A stretch of 63,946 nt of DNA, counting the filler, from Dugesia japonica (Eukaryota), in NCBI GenBank assembly GCA_001938525.1. It is 6 parts of 6 records of this genome, joined end to end, with 100 filler letters (N's around TTAATTAATTAA, not from the genome) between each part and the next. Parts side by side here need not be neighbours in the genome. Positions count along the whole stretch, not along the records: positions 30,216 to 39,570 come from MQRL01638579.1; positions 39,671 to 49,413 come from MQRL01630712.1; 4 more parts are not named here. One strand, 5' to 3'. The number at the start of each line of letters is the position of its first letter. The first letter of the stretch is position 1. Of the stretch, positions 34,201 to 48,599 are shown one piece after another. The position numbers and the translations under genes are program-made. The notes beneath the pieces were generated by a model. It had not been told where the DNA came from. It searched no databases and worked only from the letters and a program-made list of their open reading frames with translations.

Positions 34201-34884
34201 TATAAGATTTAGTCGGCATTGAATTTGTAAAAAGATATTGTAAAATAAATATATTTCTTTAATAATAAATATATTTAATATTGCTTTTACTGAAATGTTT
34301 TGCAGTCAGTTTTAACCTAGAGCATTATTTCAAAAAATAATTAATATATTAGATAAACAAAATAAATAAAAAATTTTAAAAATAAACAATGTATTTTTGA
34401 TATAATTTTATCTAGGGTAAAAAACATAAATTTAAAATCAAATTCAAAATCAAGACTCTTTAACCTTTTTTAATGGTGACCCACTTTAATCAGACAAATT
34501 TATTTGCGAAATCCTTGAAAAATTAATGCAAAAACTAAAGTATTTATTAACTTACTGTAATACAACTTTTGTGCTTGCATTTTTTGGCATAAAACATCGA
34601 CGTTTAGCTATATGTTTGTAATGGCAGATATTAATGCTATTTTTATGACTTTGTGACTCGTATGTCTCGTGTTGATAGAAGATAGGGTGAAAAAGGTAAA
34701 CCAAGATGTGTAAAGAAGTGTCAGCCTATGGGTAATGAGTTATCTGGCGTGTTTGTATTTAGGGTAATATGCAAGACTAGAAACCTTTTGATTTATTGGT
34801 GGATAAACGTAATAAAGTATTATTTAAGCTTTAAGTTATTAACTTTGTATTAACTAGTTTTTTAACTAGTATTGAAATCTATTC

Positions 34885-35097
34885 CTATTTTCTTGTTGCG
34901 TATTTAATATAGGATTTGCTATAAAATGGAAATGTCGAGAACACAAAAGTGAAATCCATCAAGGCTACTTCCCTTTGACCATCCATATAAACTGTATTTT
35001 GTAGCTCGACAAGGAAATTACTAGCCTTATTATTCATGTAAATAAGTGGACAACTATTACTCGGTAACAGTGTATAGAAATAATTCGTTTTGCTCAT
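34885..35097 (-). pseudogene. Polinton penton N-terminus (LPSNS type)
   Basis: FYTLLPSNSCPLIYMNNKASNFLVELQNTVYMDGQREVALMDF matches FY.TLPSNS...F..N....F...L...I.L.G.WEVAL.EI. Confidence 0.8.
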
Positions 35098-35329
35098 ATT
35101 TCCTATTCTTTGTTAAATTTACTATTTGAGATGCTGATGCAGTAACTACTCTCTTATCCGCCAAACTCCAATAACCGCCATTTTTAATAAAGAAATTAAA
35201 GAAATAAATTTTTTTATTGGATTTTTTAATAAATTTTATTATTTTTTACTCTAAAAGCCACCATTTTCTAGAAACCGCAACCTTTTTTCACAGTATCGTT
35301 TTTGGCGGTTAAGAGAGTAGATACGGTAT

Positions 35330-36790
35330 CTAACTTTGTTTCTCTTATCCATGCCACTTTACATAAAAAAATTTTATATTTCTCAATTCTCTTTGATATG
35401 ATAATTTTTTTTAATTCTTAATACTGTTGGTTGTAGAATAACTTGTAATTCTTGTTCAAAGGAATTTTTCATCAATGATATTTTCATCATGATCTTTAAT
35501 CACAAACATGATTGGCAGAGGCGTAGTATTCTCAAGGGGCAAGTGTTCTCAAGAGCGCCAGACTAAGAAGGCGCTAAAATGGTGTTTGAAATATTTGTAT
35601 TGTTTATTTTTTGTATCGTTTTAATATGATATCTATCAAGATTGAAGGTTTGTCACTCTCTTGCAGTCAACATTTTGTTATGCACTATCAATCTTATTAT
35701 GTGAATTTAATATTGCTAAACCTAGTCTATAGACTTCAGATTTCGTAACCTATGATCAGAAACATACATCTTATTTAAATATAGTATTTCGTTTGTATTA
35801 CTTCTTGTTTGACTAATCACATGTTTTATCTGCATCAGTTTTTTCGTTAGTCTTTACTTTAGTAGCCATTACATTGGATGACTCATAATTTTTCAGTGGG
35901 GGCGCAAAATATAAATCTTATCCCTGGGCGCCAAACACACTAGGTACGCCTCTGATGATGTGATTCTGTTTGGTATTGATTTTCGATATTTGAAATACTT
36001 CATAACTACAATTACTATCCCAATTCTTGATCAATGATGAAGCTGATATCTTTGAGATTCTAACATGATCACCAATTTTTTACTTTGGTTTCTTGATTGC
36101 TTTTCGTTGTTGTCTCAAAAGACATAATTTTATTGAATTATCAGATGATACATCAAAGAGTCTTGCTCCATGTAATACCCTTGTGACTTGTGTGATTACA
36201 ACAATCAATTATTTATGGTAATGCGTGTATCCAAGTTTTATTAATAGTATATACAAAGTATTTTTTCAATTCATCTCTCAATGTTCGACTAAATCTTTCA
36301 ATATATGCTGCTTTGTATTGTAAAAATACATAATAGTAATTAATCTTGAGTTTATTAATAATATTCTTGACATTTGAATTGTGGAATTCTTTTCCCTAAT
36401 CCGTTTGCAAATTATCTGGATGCCCCTCTTTAAAGATTGATTTGACTACAGATTCCATATCATTAGTGGATTTTGATTTTATAGGCCCATCTCTTGTAAA
36501 AATACTAAATACATAAACAAATGTTAAAAGTACTTCTATCCTTTATTAATTCTCGAATAATATATCACTTCCTTTAAATTCATTTGCCTTAAATCATCAA
36601 TACCAAAGGTTTTATACGGTCTTGTTGGAAATTTTTACTTAAACTATACGCTAACTAGTTCGATAACCCATTTATCGTCTCGCTTTTGAACTTTTTACTG
36701 CTTTCCCCAACTTTTCTACTCTTTTGAACCCTGTTGGACTTTTTGAGTCTATTCATATTGGTTTGATTTTGTCCATTACGACAATTTTAT
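35330..36790 (-). pseudogene. Polinton retroviral-like integrase with C-terminal chromodomain-like remnant
   Basis: KFPTRPYKTFGIDDLRQMNL, LQTD*GKEFHN, KAAYIERFSRTLR, KIGDHVRISK, FEQELQV; interrupted by a MITE. Confidence 0.88.
35516..35954. mobile_element. hAT-like MITE inserted in the Polinton integrase
   Basis: TIR CAGAGGCGTA / TACGCCTCTG; imperfect 8-bp flanks ATGATTGG / ATGATGTG. Confidence 0.8.
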
Positions 36791-37499
36791 ATAAAGTTGA
36801 GATAAATATGCGATAATTATTCAAAGTTACCCATTGTTTATGTAAAGTTTTAAAGTCCTAATACTGCAAATCCTATTGGTAATAATGCATCAAATTATCC
36901 TCCCCTTTTGTTAATATATTATTTTCCCTATCAATTTCCTATTTTTANNNNNNNNNNNNNNNNNNNNNNNNNNNNNNNNNNNNNNNNNNTCTAGTCTTTT
37001 CTTTTTACTTATAATTAAGATCAACAAAAAATATTCATAATAATCTCTAGCAAATTATCTATAACAAATGTTGGAAATAACTGTATCAATTTTCTTTTTG
37101 ACCTATTTGGAGCCTTTAGCAATTCATTAAAAAACAGAACACTTTGTTTAAATTTCATAATGTTTATTTAAATACAAAAAGCAGATGGTTTATATCTTGA
37201 CCCCTTTTCCATGTACATTTGAAAGTTTCTTTCCAAAGCGTTTTGATAGCTCTTTGAACTTGCTCAACTGTTTCTTTACCTGCTTCTTTGTTAGATGCTT
37301 TTTCTTTGTTTGTTCCTCCTTCACTGAATTCATCTTTTATTTTGTTTCTTATTTTTTACAGCTAGCTTTTTACCTTTTATTTTAGAATTATTCTAAATTT
37401 TCGAACCACTATTTACCTGATTAATTAAAATTTTTTCAAATTCAGAAATTTTATAATTAAATAATTACCTTAATTGTTCAATTGTTTTTATGCTGTTAT

Positions 37500-37800
37500 T
37501 CCACTCTGATTATAAATATCAGTTCATATTCTAAATTCATCTAGACATTATTGTGCAAAGTCAAGAAAAAGATACCCATGTGGATTTATTGTTGCATCAT
37601 TTAATGATTCCATAAGAAATTTTCTAGTATTAGAATAAGCTTGGCTTGCTAAAAAATCATACACTGTTTTATCTCTTGGATTTTTAAATAGAACCAAGTA
37701 TTGTGTATTTAAATTACGGGTTCTATGACCTCAACCTATGTGAAATAGATTTTGAGTAATGAAAATCACAGTAAAATTACAATGTCTTGATAAAGTGTAA
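37500..37800 (-). pseudogene. Polinton A32/FtsK-like packaging ATPase, C-terminal half
   Basis: SRHCNFTVIFITQNLFHIG*GHRTRNLNTQYLVLFKNPRD...DATINPHGYLFLDF. Confidence 0.9.
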
Positions 37801-39570
37801 AGATTATAATATTTAGACTCAGGAATTTATATTATCAAAATCAAATTTATAATATAATGTCAGATTTAAACAGTTTAATTGAGAAAATACAATACTAATG
37901 CATGAAAAACAACGAATAATGTATTATTAAATAAATTTTGATAATTGGAATTGTGTTTTTATTTATATCATAAATAAAAATTTAACAAACTAGTATATAA
38001 CAAAATGAAAACAAAAAAATAGGATTTAAAACATTTATTAATAAAATTCTCAAACAGTTGTATCTACCAAATATGGTTAATTGTATTATCATATCTTTTG
38101 AATCCTTTAAAAACTACAGTTACTAAGTACTTTTTATCACTCGAATAGCTATTTTCATCTGATGCTTTATCATTTATAAAAGATGCATCATCTATTTTCA
38201 GCATATCATCAATTCATGATAAACTAATTTTGATAATTGATTTATCTACTGTACTGATATTGCATATTGAATGAACATCTTTTTAGTCTAACTGCTTCCT
38301 AAAATTATAATAATAACAGTAACACTAGTATCAAATTTTACTTGGAATGCATAAACAATCAACTTTAAAATGAAATTCATCTTGAATTGATAATAATCTC
38401 GATACATTATAGAATCAATTGCAATTGTCATCATATTGTCATGGGTAAAGATAACTTGTTCAATGCATAATTCTGCCTTTTCAAATTCTCAAATAAATTT
38501 TGTAATATTACCCATTTTCATGTATTCTTGTATATACATTATGACCATATATTTGTTGATGATTATTTTTTATTTGAATCAATGTATGCGCTACCCTTTA
38601 TTGGCATTGTATTGTCAAATTTTGATAGAATATCATTAATTGCATTTTCATTAAAGAAATATTATAAATTGTTTCGGTTTATAAAGTAAATACTTCATTT
38701 ATGTACATGATTTGTAGTGCTTTACATTGTGTATTATGTATAATTAATTAAAATTTTATATGACATTATGATGACATAAACATTTTTCATCTCTTTGTAT
38801 GTGTGTATAATTAATCGATTTTGATTTTAAATAATATAAACGAAAATTAAATTATTTAACTTATTGACAATGAATATTTATAACATTATAGAACGCATGG
38901 CGGAATATATTGAAATTAATTATTCAGTTTCCAAGGAACCATTACAATTAGTGATACAAGTCAATTTGGTCGATATTCCAACTTGAAAGATTAACGATAC
39001 ATGATAAAATACTTGATCAAAACAATAAAATATATTATTTTATTTCAGTGCTCAATCAAATTAGCCAGTTAAAGTAAATAATTTGATTTATAATTATTAC
39101 AATAGTTTTAATACATTTTATTTTTAGTGTGTCAATTTAAACCATATCAGGTGTAACTAGAAAAATATTTTTACGAAAAAATTTTGTTATTTAAATTTGT
39201 GCGACTATTCTTGTCAATAGTTTTATTTTATAAATAGTATTTCTATTTTTGTAAATTAATAAATTTTAGAAAATTTTTTTAAATTTGAATTTTTACTTGT
39301 TTTTGTTACCAATAGTGTTATTTTAATATTTTTAATTTTTATCAATGCAATTTTATTATTATTTTGACTTTTTTCAGTATAAATAGTTTGTAAAAGTTTT
39401 AACTCTTATTTATTAAAGTAAATCAACATATATCTTATAAAATTCATTAAAATTTGAAATTTACTCGAAAAATAGTGACGTGTAAATTTGAAATTAAATT
39501 AAAAAATAATTAAAATTAACACATGAAATAAAATTAGTAGAAGGAAGCATTTTTAGCTAGAAGTCCTTTA

Positions 39571-39670
39571 NNNNNNNNNNNNNNNNNNNNNNNNNNNNNN
39601 NNNNNNNNNNNNNNTTAATTAATTAANNNNNNNNNNNNNNNNNNNNNNNNNNNNNNNNNNNNNNNNNNNN
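39571..39670. other. Artificial contig spacer
   Basis: N44-TTAATTAATTAA-N44. Confidence 0.97.
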
Positions 39671-41149
39671 AAATGAAGTAAAAAAATTAATAAAAGTAAA
39701 ATTAGAATAAATATTTTAATAAAAAATTTATAATTGCCAGAAATTAATTCCTTGTCAAATTTGTTTGTTTAATCACCTTTTGTTATGAAATATATTTTTT
39801 TTAAAACTCAAGTGTTAATTTTTATGGAACCAAATAACAAAATAGAAGATTCTGAGGAAACTACTTACAATATATTTGAAACTTATTGACTCCTTTTTTA
39901 AGATATTTATTTTAGTATTCAAAATCCGATTAGTAAATTGTTTAGCAGATTTTATGCGTATCATTATCCAATTCAACATTTTGATAGAAATTAAGCAATT
40001 AAAAAAACTTACTAACTCCGATTATTTTATTAAGTTTTGAATTTAGTTTATAGAAACTTTAAAAACTGGTTAATGTTGTTGTTTACTTTACATATTTACA
40101 TAATTTCTTAAAATAATTTCTATACTTTTATAATTTTATATAATATAATATATATAGAAATTATTTAAATTTATTTGCATTATATTTTAAAAATCTGTTT
40201 TTACTTTTGTACAATAATATTTAAATGCTAGAAAAAAATAAACTTTAATTTAATATAATATAATATAATGATATATACCAAATTAAAAAATTTCCCAGGT
40301 ATATTTTAAAATCTTTGAATCGCTCTTACAGAGTTAATAAGTAAACCGTTTCATAAGTAGTCTAAAATATTTTCTCCAAAAACGTTTAAGAGTAAAAATG
40401 TTTTAATTTTTTAATTTTAACCAATTTAAGTAAAAGATCAATTCAATTTAATTTTTTATTACAATTCAAAATAAATAGAATAGATTTTAATCTATCATCA
40501 TTATGATGAATTTCCTTCAAATTAAATTGTCCTAAGGCCAAAATAATGTCTGTAGAACCTTTTAGAGAAACAATGGATAAAAATAAAGATTTCGATATAC
40601 GAACAAATTTACTATTTTTAAAAGAAGTATCATTTAAAAACTCATGCTTTGATTTTCGAGTTTCAATAAATTTAACCATAGATAAATTTAGAGTTTCTTT
40701 ATTTTCAACGAATAATAATTCTTTGAATAGAGGGAATTTATTTAATACTACTACTACTTTTAATCTTTATGTAATTTAAGTTTTAACTTTTACGTTTTTT
40801 TAATTATTTTGGTTTATTTAAATTGATATTGGCGCTACATTTGTCAACATTAACAATACCAATAATTTTTTAAAACAAGTAAAAGTCGATTTATCTGCAA
40901 CTACGGTCACAATCATTTTTGCAATAAGAAATATCCGTTTTTTTTGAAACAATGTAATTGAGGAAATAAATAAAAAAAATTTTCCCTCTTTTGGACGATG
41001 AACTCGAAAGCATTAAATCAATCAGTCAAAATGAAAAATTAAAAACAATTATAATTCATTTTTTGAATGAGAGAAAAGACTTGAGTGTATATTATGTAGC
41101 TAATCTAAACATACTTATTTGTATAGAATCGACACGTGGAGATACTACA

Positions 41150-41330
41150 ACAGCTACTGCATTTCAGTAACATTAAAAGCCATTATTAAACAAAAGAATT
41201 GTCCTGTTAAACTCATTTTCAATGTTGATGAAACCAGTTTATTGTTGCTGTAAATACTTAAATATACATTTTATCTAATGAAAAAAAGATAATACTAGAA
41301 CTTAAAGCTACAAGAAAAATTGTACCATAA
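41150..41330 (+). pseudogene. pogo/Tigger-like DDE transposase fragment
   Basis: LKAIIKQKNCPVKLIFNVDETSLL (IFNVDETGL motif). Confidence 0.6.
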
Positions 41331-41609
41331 CTTGTGGTGTGATAAAAAGTAATTCTAGGTATTATAATGATTATCAATCGGTGGGCTTAATTCTAGGATA
41401 ACTATTGTTAGGCTATTCTGAGACGCTCACAGTAGAATTAAAAAGATTCTTAACATCTATAAATTTATTAATAAAATAAAGAAGAAAGAATACAAATTTG
41501 TTTTTCAAACAAAATCCAGAGACAAATAATTTGAAATTCAACTTTAATTTTCAAAATAAATATTTATAATTATTAAATTTAAAAATTAAGAAATTTTGGT
41601 TTAGCATTA

Positions 41610-42465
41610 ACTTTAAACATCAGAACTCTTTTTGCGCAATTCAGTTGCCTATGTGATTACCGCTAATTTATTATCGACATATCTACAACATGTGACTATA
41701 TTTGTACTTTACATCTGATTAGTTTTAGGCGAATGTCGAGCACAAGAATATTTCTGTGTCACATTTGATGCCTAAAATACACCACTTGACTAGTTATGTA
41801 AGTATATGTAAAATATTTGATTTCTTGATTTTGCTGAATACATATTTATTTATATTCATTTAAATGTATTTCTTTATTTAATTTTAAGTAATTCTTTTTA
41901 AATTTTTAAAAAACCTGAAGTGTCCCTGATAAAACCACATCTCTCTGAACGTGTTGAAATACAATCTTTGCCTATTGATGTAAAGTTAATCTTATCAAGA
42001 TATAAAACGTCTACAGATACAGATGAGAAAAAACCTCAAAAAATTTGAGCCAGTTGCTTTAAATGCGGATGAAGAACGAAGAGTTACTACTGTAACCTGT
42101 AGCAATTCTAAGAAACATGTTTGCAAGGAACATTCTAAAAATGTAATAACATGCAACGACTTTCAATGAGTGAATATACATAATTTACTATCCGTTATTT
42201 TTACAAAATATATAGTTTATGTACTTATTTTCCATTACTTTTGTGTTTATTTTTTAAGTTTAGAATTTATAACCTTGGTTTATTCTATATGTTTAATGAA
42301 CTTTTAAATATATTTATATGTATGTATTTGTTCATTTTAGAAACGATAATATTTTTAATACACACTCTTTTGGTTTTCTTAAGGTTTGGTTGCCTTATAA
42401 TATGGGCGTACAAAAAACATCACGTGACTAGTTATGTAAAAATAATTTTCGCGACTACTTAAAGG
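41610..42465 (+). mobile_element. piggyBac-derived deleted element
   Basis: C-terminal Cys-rich remnant (SCFKCG...TVTCSNSKKHVCKEHSKNVITCND); right end AAAGG-TTAA; TGACTAGTTATGTAA repeated. Left boundary tentative. Confidence 0.6.
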
Positions 42466-43549
42466 TTAATTTTATAAACAATAAATATTTTAAAGAATTC
42501 AAAAAACGTATTACAGGTATTTTAAAATCTAAAATATATTTTGTCATAGATTTTTTTAAAAACAATTAAATTTTATTTATTTTCAAATTCTATTAATTAT
42601 ATTGATTTTTTTAAATTTTAAAAATTGACGATGAAATCTCAAAATATTTATCTTTGTAATTAGTTAACTCTAACAACTATTAAGATAAAATATTAAGTTA
42701 TAAAAAAATATCGTTTTTTTACATATAACCTTAAACTGAACCAACTCAAGTTGAAATAATATTTATTTATAAAAAGGAGTAATAATATTTTAAAAACGCA
42801 TATAAAGTTGTATTTAGGTGATCTTTGTTTTAATATGCATTCATAAACATCCATGTTTATTGAAAAATTCAAAAATTGTAAAAATGCAGATTAATCTGTA
42901 CGATTTCAAAATAGGTCATCGAATTGTAGAATCCACATGTAATACAAATTGGGTACATTTGGGCAGCGATTAGTAAAAATGCGCATTATACAACAATGAT
43001 ATATATTTTAAATAACTTGTGAACCAATGGTTTAAAAGATTTTCAGACGGAAAGGAAATAATGGTTTTGGATATCTATCTGCATGGATCAATAATAAATT
43101 GAACAACTTGGTTAAGAGAACTTGCTAAAAAGTTAAATGTAACATTTGGATAATCTGAAACAACTTAAAAATTTGAAGAAACTTCAGACATAAGTACCAC
43201 ATTATTTGAATGAGAAAGAAAATAATTGTAACATTTTGTAACTTTCTTACTCCAGGATAAACAATTGCAAATGAGAAGTATTGCCACGAAATTGATAAAA
43301 TATACCAATAAAAGCCAACGTGCTGCTGAGAATGCTTTTTGACAGTTTATTGAATTCATGACACAGGAATTTTATACTACCGTGATAAATCAACGTGTAT
43401 ACTGTTAGCAAGCATTTGTCAATTAAAATGAGTATTATTTCATTTAATAAATATTATTTGAATTTTTAAAAAAACATTACTTTCTTAACAACAAAATAGC
43501 AATTAAAATGTCTCGAGCCAATAAGCGAAAGGGAAGTACTCAAAAAAAT

Positions 43550-45600
43550 TTGATAATACTTTTCCTGGTCAAGATAAAATTCATTATAGAGATATTGTTT
43601 TTTTAGATACTGAAGGCAAAGTAATTGCACTGCTCTATAACTGTATCATTGAATCAAAAAATAATCTCAATGTCTGGAAAACTTTCAAAACAATTCTTAT
43701 ACTGAAACCAGGTAAAACAAGAAGTCAATATGAACATATATCATCATGGAAACCAATTTCACTACTTTCTGTCCTTTATAAACTATTCACTGTTTTTTAA
43801 CAAGACTACTAAGCTGCTGGGTAAATTATAACAATCAAAAGGAAGGTTTGGAAATTGAGGGCTGCATTAAACACAATTTAATTCTAACAGCTGCTTTAGA
43901 ACTCTCTAAATCTAGTAAGAATCGTTCAATTGTCATTGCATGGCTTGACATAAAGGATGTTTTTCGTAGCGTTCCACACAGCTACTTATGAGCACTGTTA
44001 CAAAATATTGGGGTTGAAAATTACTTTGTTAACTTCCTTGAACTTTGATATTCTGATACATACTCATTTTATATAGTAGTTCAATAATCACAACAAACGT
44101 TCCGATCAAGAGAGGAGTCAAACAAGGCTGCCCATTATCTATGATACTATTTAATTTAGCAATCAATCCAGTTCACCAAGCCATTTCTGCATCCAACACA
44201 ATATTTTTTATAGTAAAGTTATCAACAATTCAGACACTTGCATAAGTGAATGATTTGGCACTCGTTGCAACTAAAACTGAAAATCTTTTTAAATTAATAG
44301 AAAGCAATAGAAACTGTGGGAGCCATTGGATTTGAATTTCATCCTGATAAATGCGCTTATCTTGAACTATCTCGAAGCAACTTCACCAGCAAAATTTATA
44401 TAAATAATAAAAGAATTAAAAGATTAACTATACAAGAATTTTATCAATATCTAGGCACTCTTTTCGAAAACAGAAACGACCAAAGTTCTCATAAGATGAT
44501 ACAAAAAATCAATGATGACTAAGCCAAAATTGCTGATTCAGATTTACTAGAATGGCAGAAGCTAAATGCATACAAAGTATTTCTACTTTCTATTCTCCCA
44601 TTTGCATTCCAAAAGCGCAAATTTAAAATTAGTGCATTAAGCCTTCCTTGGAATAATCTAAATGTCAGTAACAGCAATACCAGTAAGGTTCGTTTTCAAC
44701 TTAGACGTATATTAAATCTTCTGAAACGATCTGAAACTCTACACTTCTACAATTCAATCAAAAATGGAGGTACTGCTTGCGTTGATCTACTAGATGAATA
44801 TCAAACTCAATGTGTTCTGCAATATTTTAAATTATTTACCTCAAGATCCATGTACACTAACAAAATCAATATAGACGTCTTACTCAAATTCAAAGAAAAC
44901 GTACTTTCAGCTAATAAGAAATTGAATACATTTTTTCAAAAAGATTCATGATACAGATATTTCGTTTAATGTACTTAATAAAGAAATCGTCCTTTATATG
45001 AAAAACAAAACAAGAGGAACGTATGTTTTTACTCATACCTCATCTAAAGAAATTTCAAATATTATTACCAATGTACTTTTCGATTCATACGCTGAAAAAT
45101 AGAAAAAAAGCAAAGTGAGCACCTGATATTTACAGCTATTTAAATGAGCCCAATTATTAATAAAATTATTTTCAAAAGTAATCTCAATGATTTTCAGTGG
45201 AACTCAAAAACTCTATCAATACGTGGAAGATTATTTTATGAAAAACAAAACTGTCGGCGTTGTTTTAGGGAAAAGGAATCATTATCACATGTTCTTCACA
45301 AATGCAAAATGAATCAGGCTATAGCAACTGAAATTCATAATGCTTGAAATTATTGTCAGCAAACTGAAAACCTCTAATCCTATAGTATAGGACAATAGAA
45401 TAAATATATATTTCGGATTCTAGGGAGAGAGTGGATATTACAGTAACTAATATTGAAAAAAGACGATATAGTTAATTGATGTCAATTGCCCAATAGACTC
45501 CAAAAAGAATGTTGAGGAATCAAACAAAATAAATTTAGAAAAATATGATTTACTAAAAAATAAAGTGAAACTAGCAAAGCCAGTCAAAACTGGAATTAGA
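43550..45600 (+). mobile_element. Decayed RLE-type non-LTR retrotransposon (NeSL/Utopia/R2-like)
   Basis: PGQDKI.Y, SSWKPISLL..LYKLF, IAWLDIKDVFRSVPH, RGVKQGCPLS..LFNLAINP, LA*VNDL, F.PDKC, YQYLG, CRRC..KESLSHVLHKC..IHNA, RVDI...LIDV.CP. Confidence 0.9.
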
Positions 45601-45629
45601 AACATTAAAATAACTTTCAATATTGAAGA

Positions 45630-47211
45630 TTAGTGTAAAAAGAAACGCGTGGGAGTTGCATGTAAAACCATAAACCAGACTGTTTGTTATAAGCTAGTAT
45701 TTCAAAAAAATAAATCCGCCATTATAGGAAACATTTCTTACATAATTAAAATGTTGCCTACAGATATATTTGAAATTATACATATTGATTTCTGTGGACC
45801 GTTTAAAACTGCTAGAAATAGTAAAAAGTATATATTAGCTATTATAGATCAATTCAGCAAGTATATTTCATTAACATCAATAATTGATCAAATCGAAAAA
45901 ACTGTAGCAAATACATGAAAACATCAGTGGACTTTGAAATTCGGGGTACCTAAAATTATTACTTGTCATAGAGAAAGATTATTAATTATTAAAGATTATT
46001 AAGATTATAAAGATTATTAAAGATTAGATAATTGAAAGAACACCATGGAATAGAATTAGAATTCTCAAATCCGTATCATCATTTTAGTAATGGACAAATC
46101 AAAAGACAATTTGGAACTGTAAGAGTTACAATTTATACAACATTACAAAATAAAACGAACAAAGATTAGACATATATACTCCCAGAAGTAGAATTTATGA
46201 TAAATTCTACATATCAAAGTACATTAAAATTGAGCCCAGTGGAAATTTTTTTTGGAAAGAAAATATCCCAAGAATGGGATATTCATGAAAATGTAGAAGA
46301 GAAACATGGAAAAAGAATAAAAAATCTCATTGATCAAGATGAAATTAGTCATAGCATGTATGGAATTATGAAAAGACATTTTAAAACTGCAGACAAAGTT
46401 TTGGTAAAAAAATATCGCTGCTAATTAAGAAAATATAGGTACGGAGGCCCAGGAATAATAATTAAAAAGAGACATGATAAGGGTTATCACATTAAATTTG
46501 ATAATTGTAAAATAGTTATCAGAAATGTGGAGTGGTTAAAATCTTTTAAACAGATGGCGGTGTGAGGATATTTTATATTGATTATAAATCATTATTAAAA
46601 ATGCATGTTGCATAATTTATAATTGACCATGAGTTCAAATATTTTGTATGTTATATACTCAAATTTTTTTTTTATATTCAAATCATAATTACATATATAT
46701 TTATTCCTCCTTTTTAGATTGTCATTCAATAAGTATCATGGTAATGAAACAGACTTAAAACAATAATATCAACGAATGAAAAGATTAAGATATTTATGCA
46801 AATGGATATAAAAAGAAGTTTAGCAAAAGAGATATTCGAAACACAAATTTTGTGATAAATGAGTTTAAGTTTTTTACAAGAAAGGGAAAATGATTTTTAA
46901 AAGGTTTGAAGAAAATTTATATAAATCAAATGAAGAAAATTTAAATTTTCGGACCCGGTTATTTTAAATCTTCAATATAGATCTAGTTTATAAATAAAGC
47001 AAAGTATTTTAACATTAGAGATTTATTTAATAATTATAGTTAAAAATTTATAGATAGTATATATTAATTTTAATTTTCTAAATCAAGGAAGATAAATATT
47101 TATATTCCTCATGTTTTGTTTATTTAACCACTAGATTCATACATGTGTAAATAAAGCATTCTTAATTTTTTTAAGAAAATATATTGTAACTTGTTAGGAA
47201 TTATCTTAACA
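45630..47211 (+). mobile_element. Gypsy 3' part: integrase pseudogene, PPT and 3' LTR (46561-47211)
   Basis: IHIDFCGPF, LAIIDQFSKY, PYHHFSNGQ, SPVEIFFG, Y.GP..RNVEWLK; LTR bounded by TGTGAGGATA...TATCTTAACA. Confidence 0.85.
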
Positions 47212-47402
47212 GTTGATAAACATAATATGTGAAGTTAGGAGAATTGTTGTTTTATTCATAGAATTACAAACGATAACAATCTGAAGTAGCTTTTGATTAT
47301 CCTTTGATATTTACCGAATTNNNNNNNNNNNNNNNNNNNNNNNNNNNNNNNNNNNNNNNNNNNNNNNNNNNNNNNNNNNNNNNNNNNNNNNNNNNNNNNN
47401 NN

Positions 47403-47451
<49 letters not shown>

Positions 47452-47474
47452 TAATAATAATAACAATAATAATA

Positions 47475-48160
47475 ATGTTGGGGCCATGGGTGATATGGCT
47501 CAAAAAATATATCACACAAAACCCTCAAACTGGGATTTAAATACTCGTCTTGAGAGTATGTTGATGACAGCCCCGGTGACTCTTGCCCAACGTCAAGAGT
47601 GCATGAGCGCACCATCTGCGTGTAATTTGGATTCATTATGTATCGACGATAGAAGTCGTAAAGAAAGAAAAATCAAATAGTCGCAATTATGCTATTTTGT
47701 ACACAATGTACATGAAATTTAAGTGTGATTAACTGTCATCGGATAGATCCACAAAGATCTTCCGGATCTTTCTTGGAGGAGAAGTTACAGATGACGTTGA
47801 TTGTTGGGAGTGCACTCTTTCGCTTAATTGCTTGTTTTTCAGGTGGAGCCATTCCACCTCGGCCTCCAACTCCTATATCTTCATACCCTGGGCTTCAATA
47901 TTTTGTCGACGGAGTTGGGTTATCTCGAACACCAACATTCCTATCTTTTCCTGAAGAGCTTGACAGGCTCTTGACCAATTGGTTATGGTGGCTAACTGTC
48001 CATCAAAGTTAGCCGCGATTTGCACCTCTGCTCCAAAGGTTCGGCTTGGTCTGAGTTGGAACAGGTGCTGGTTAGCCACGTTCTGNGGGGCATTTTCGTC
48101 CATATCTAAAAGCATCAGATTAAATCGTGCTTAATCTGGATTTCATTATTCGTTAAGGAA
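47475..48160 (-). repeat. Dispersed repeat with coding-like segment, flanked by (AAT)n
   Basis: Homologous to 11250-11480; GC-richer than background; ends GAGCCATATCACCCATGGCCCCAACAT then (TAT)n. Confidence 0.7.
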
Positions 48161-48599
48161 ATAGGACGATCGTAAGTCCTAAGATTCTTGAAAAATTATT
48201 TATTGCTATGGTGGCCTTCTGTTACTGGCAAGTTAAGAAAAGAAATGGCAATAAGTTAAAACCTATAGAACATTATGGTAACAGATGAAGAATACTAATT
48301 TATATATTTCAAAATTTTATGTTAGTAATATAATAACAGTGGTGGTTATAACTGCATGATAATGTATTTAATGTTTCTAACTATACGTTTATAAAGACCA
48401 TGGTGCTAATATTAATTATAGGGAGTTATTGATGACATGAGTGAAAATACGATACTAATCTCGATTGCTAAGCTAGGAGTAAAATTGTAAGCTGACTATT
48501 GTAATAAATCTTATCGCTACATAATAATATCAATGGTGGCGGCCACTACTAACAATATAAATAATTAAAAGATCATAGTAATATTAATTCTTAGTAATG

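Larger units (their letters stand above)
34700..37830 (-). mobile_element. Decayed Polinton segment (ATPase, small ORFs, integrase, penton)
   Basis: Three recognisable Polinton pseudogenes co-oriented on the minus strand; boundaries approximate. Confidence 0.85.

Noticed and set aside
21680-39570. Treating contig 4 ATPase/integrase as the missing half of the contig 3 virus
   Set aside because: Separated by an artificial spacer and host DNA, heavily decayed, and it has its own different penton.
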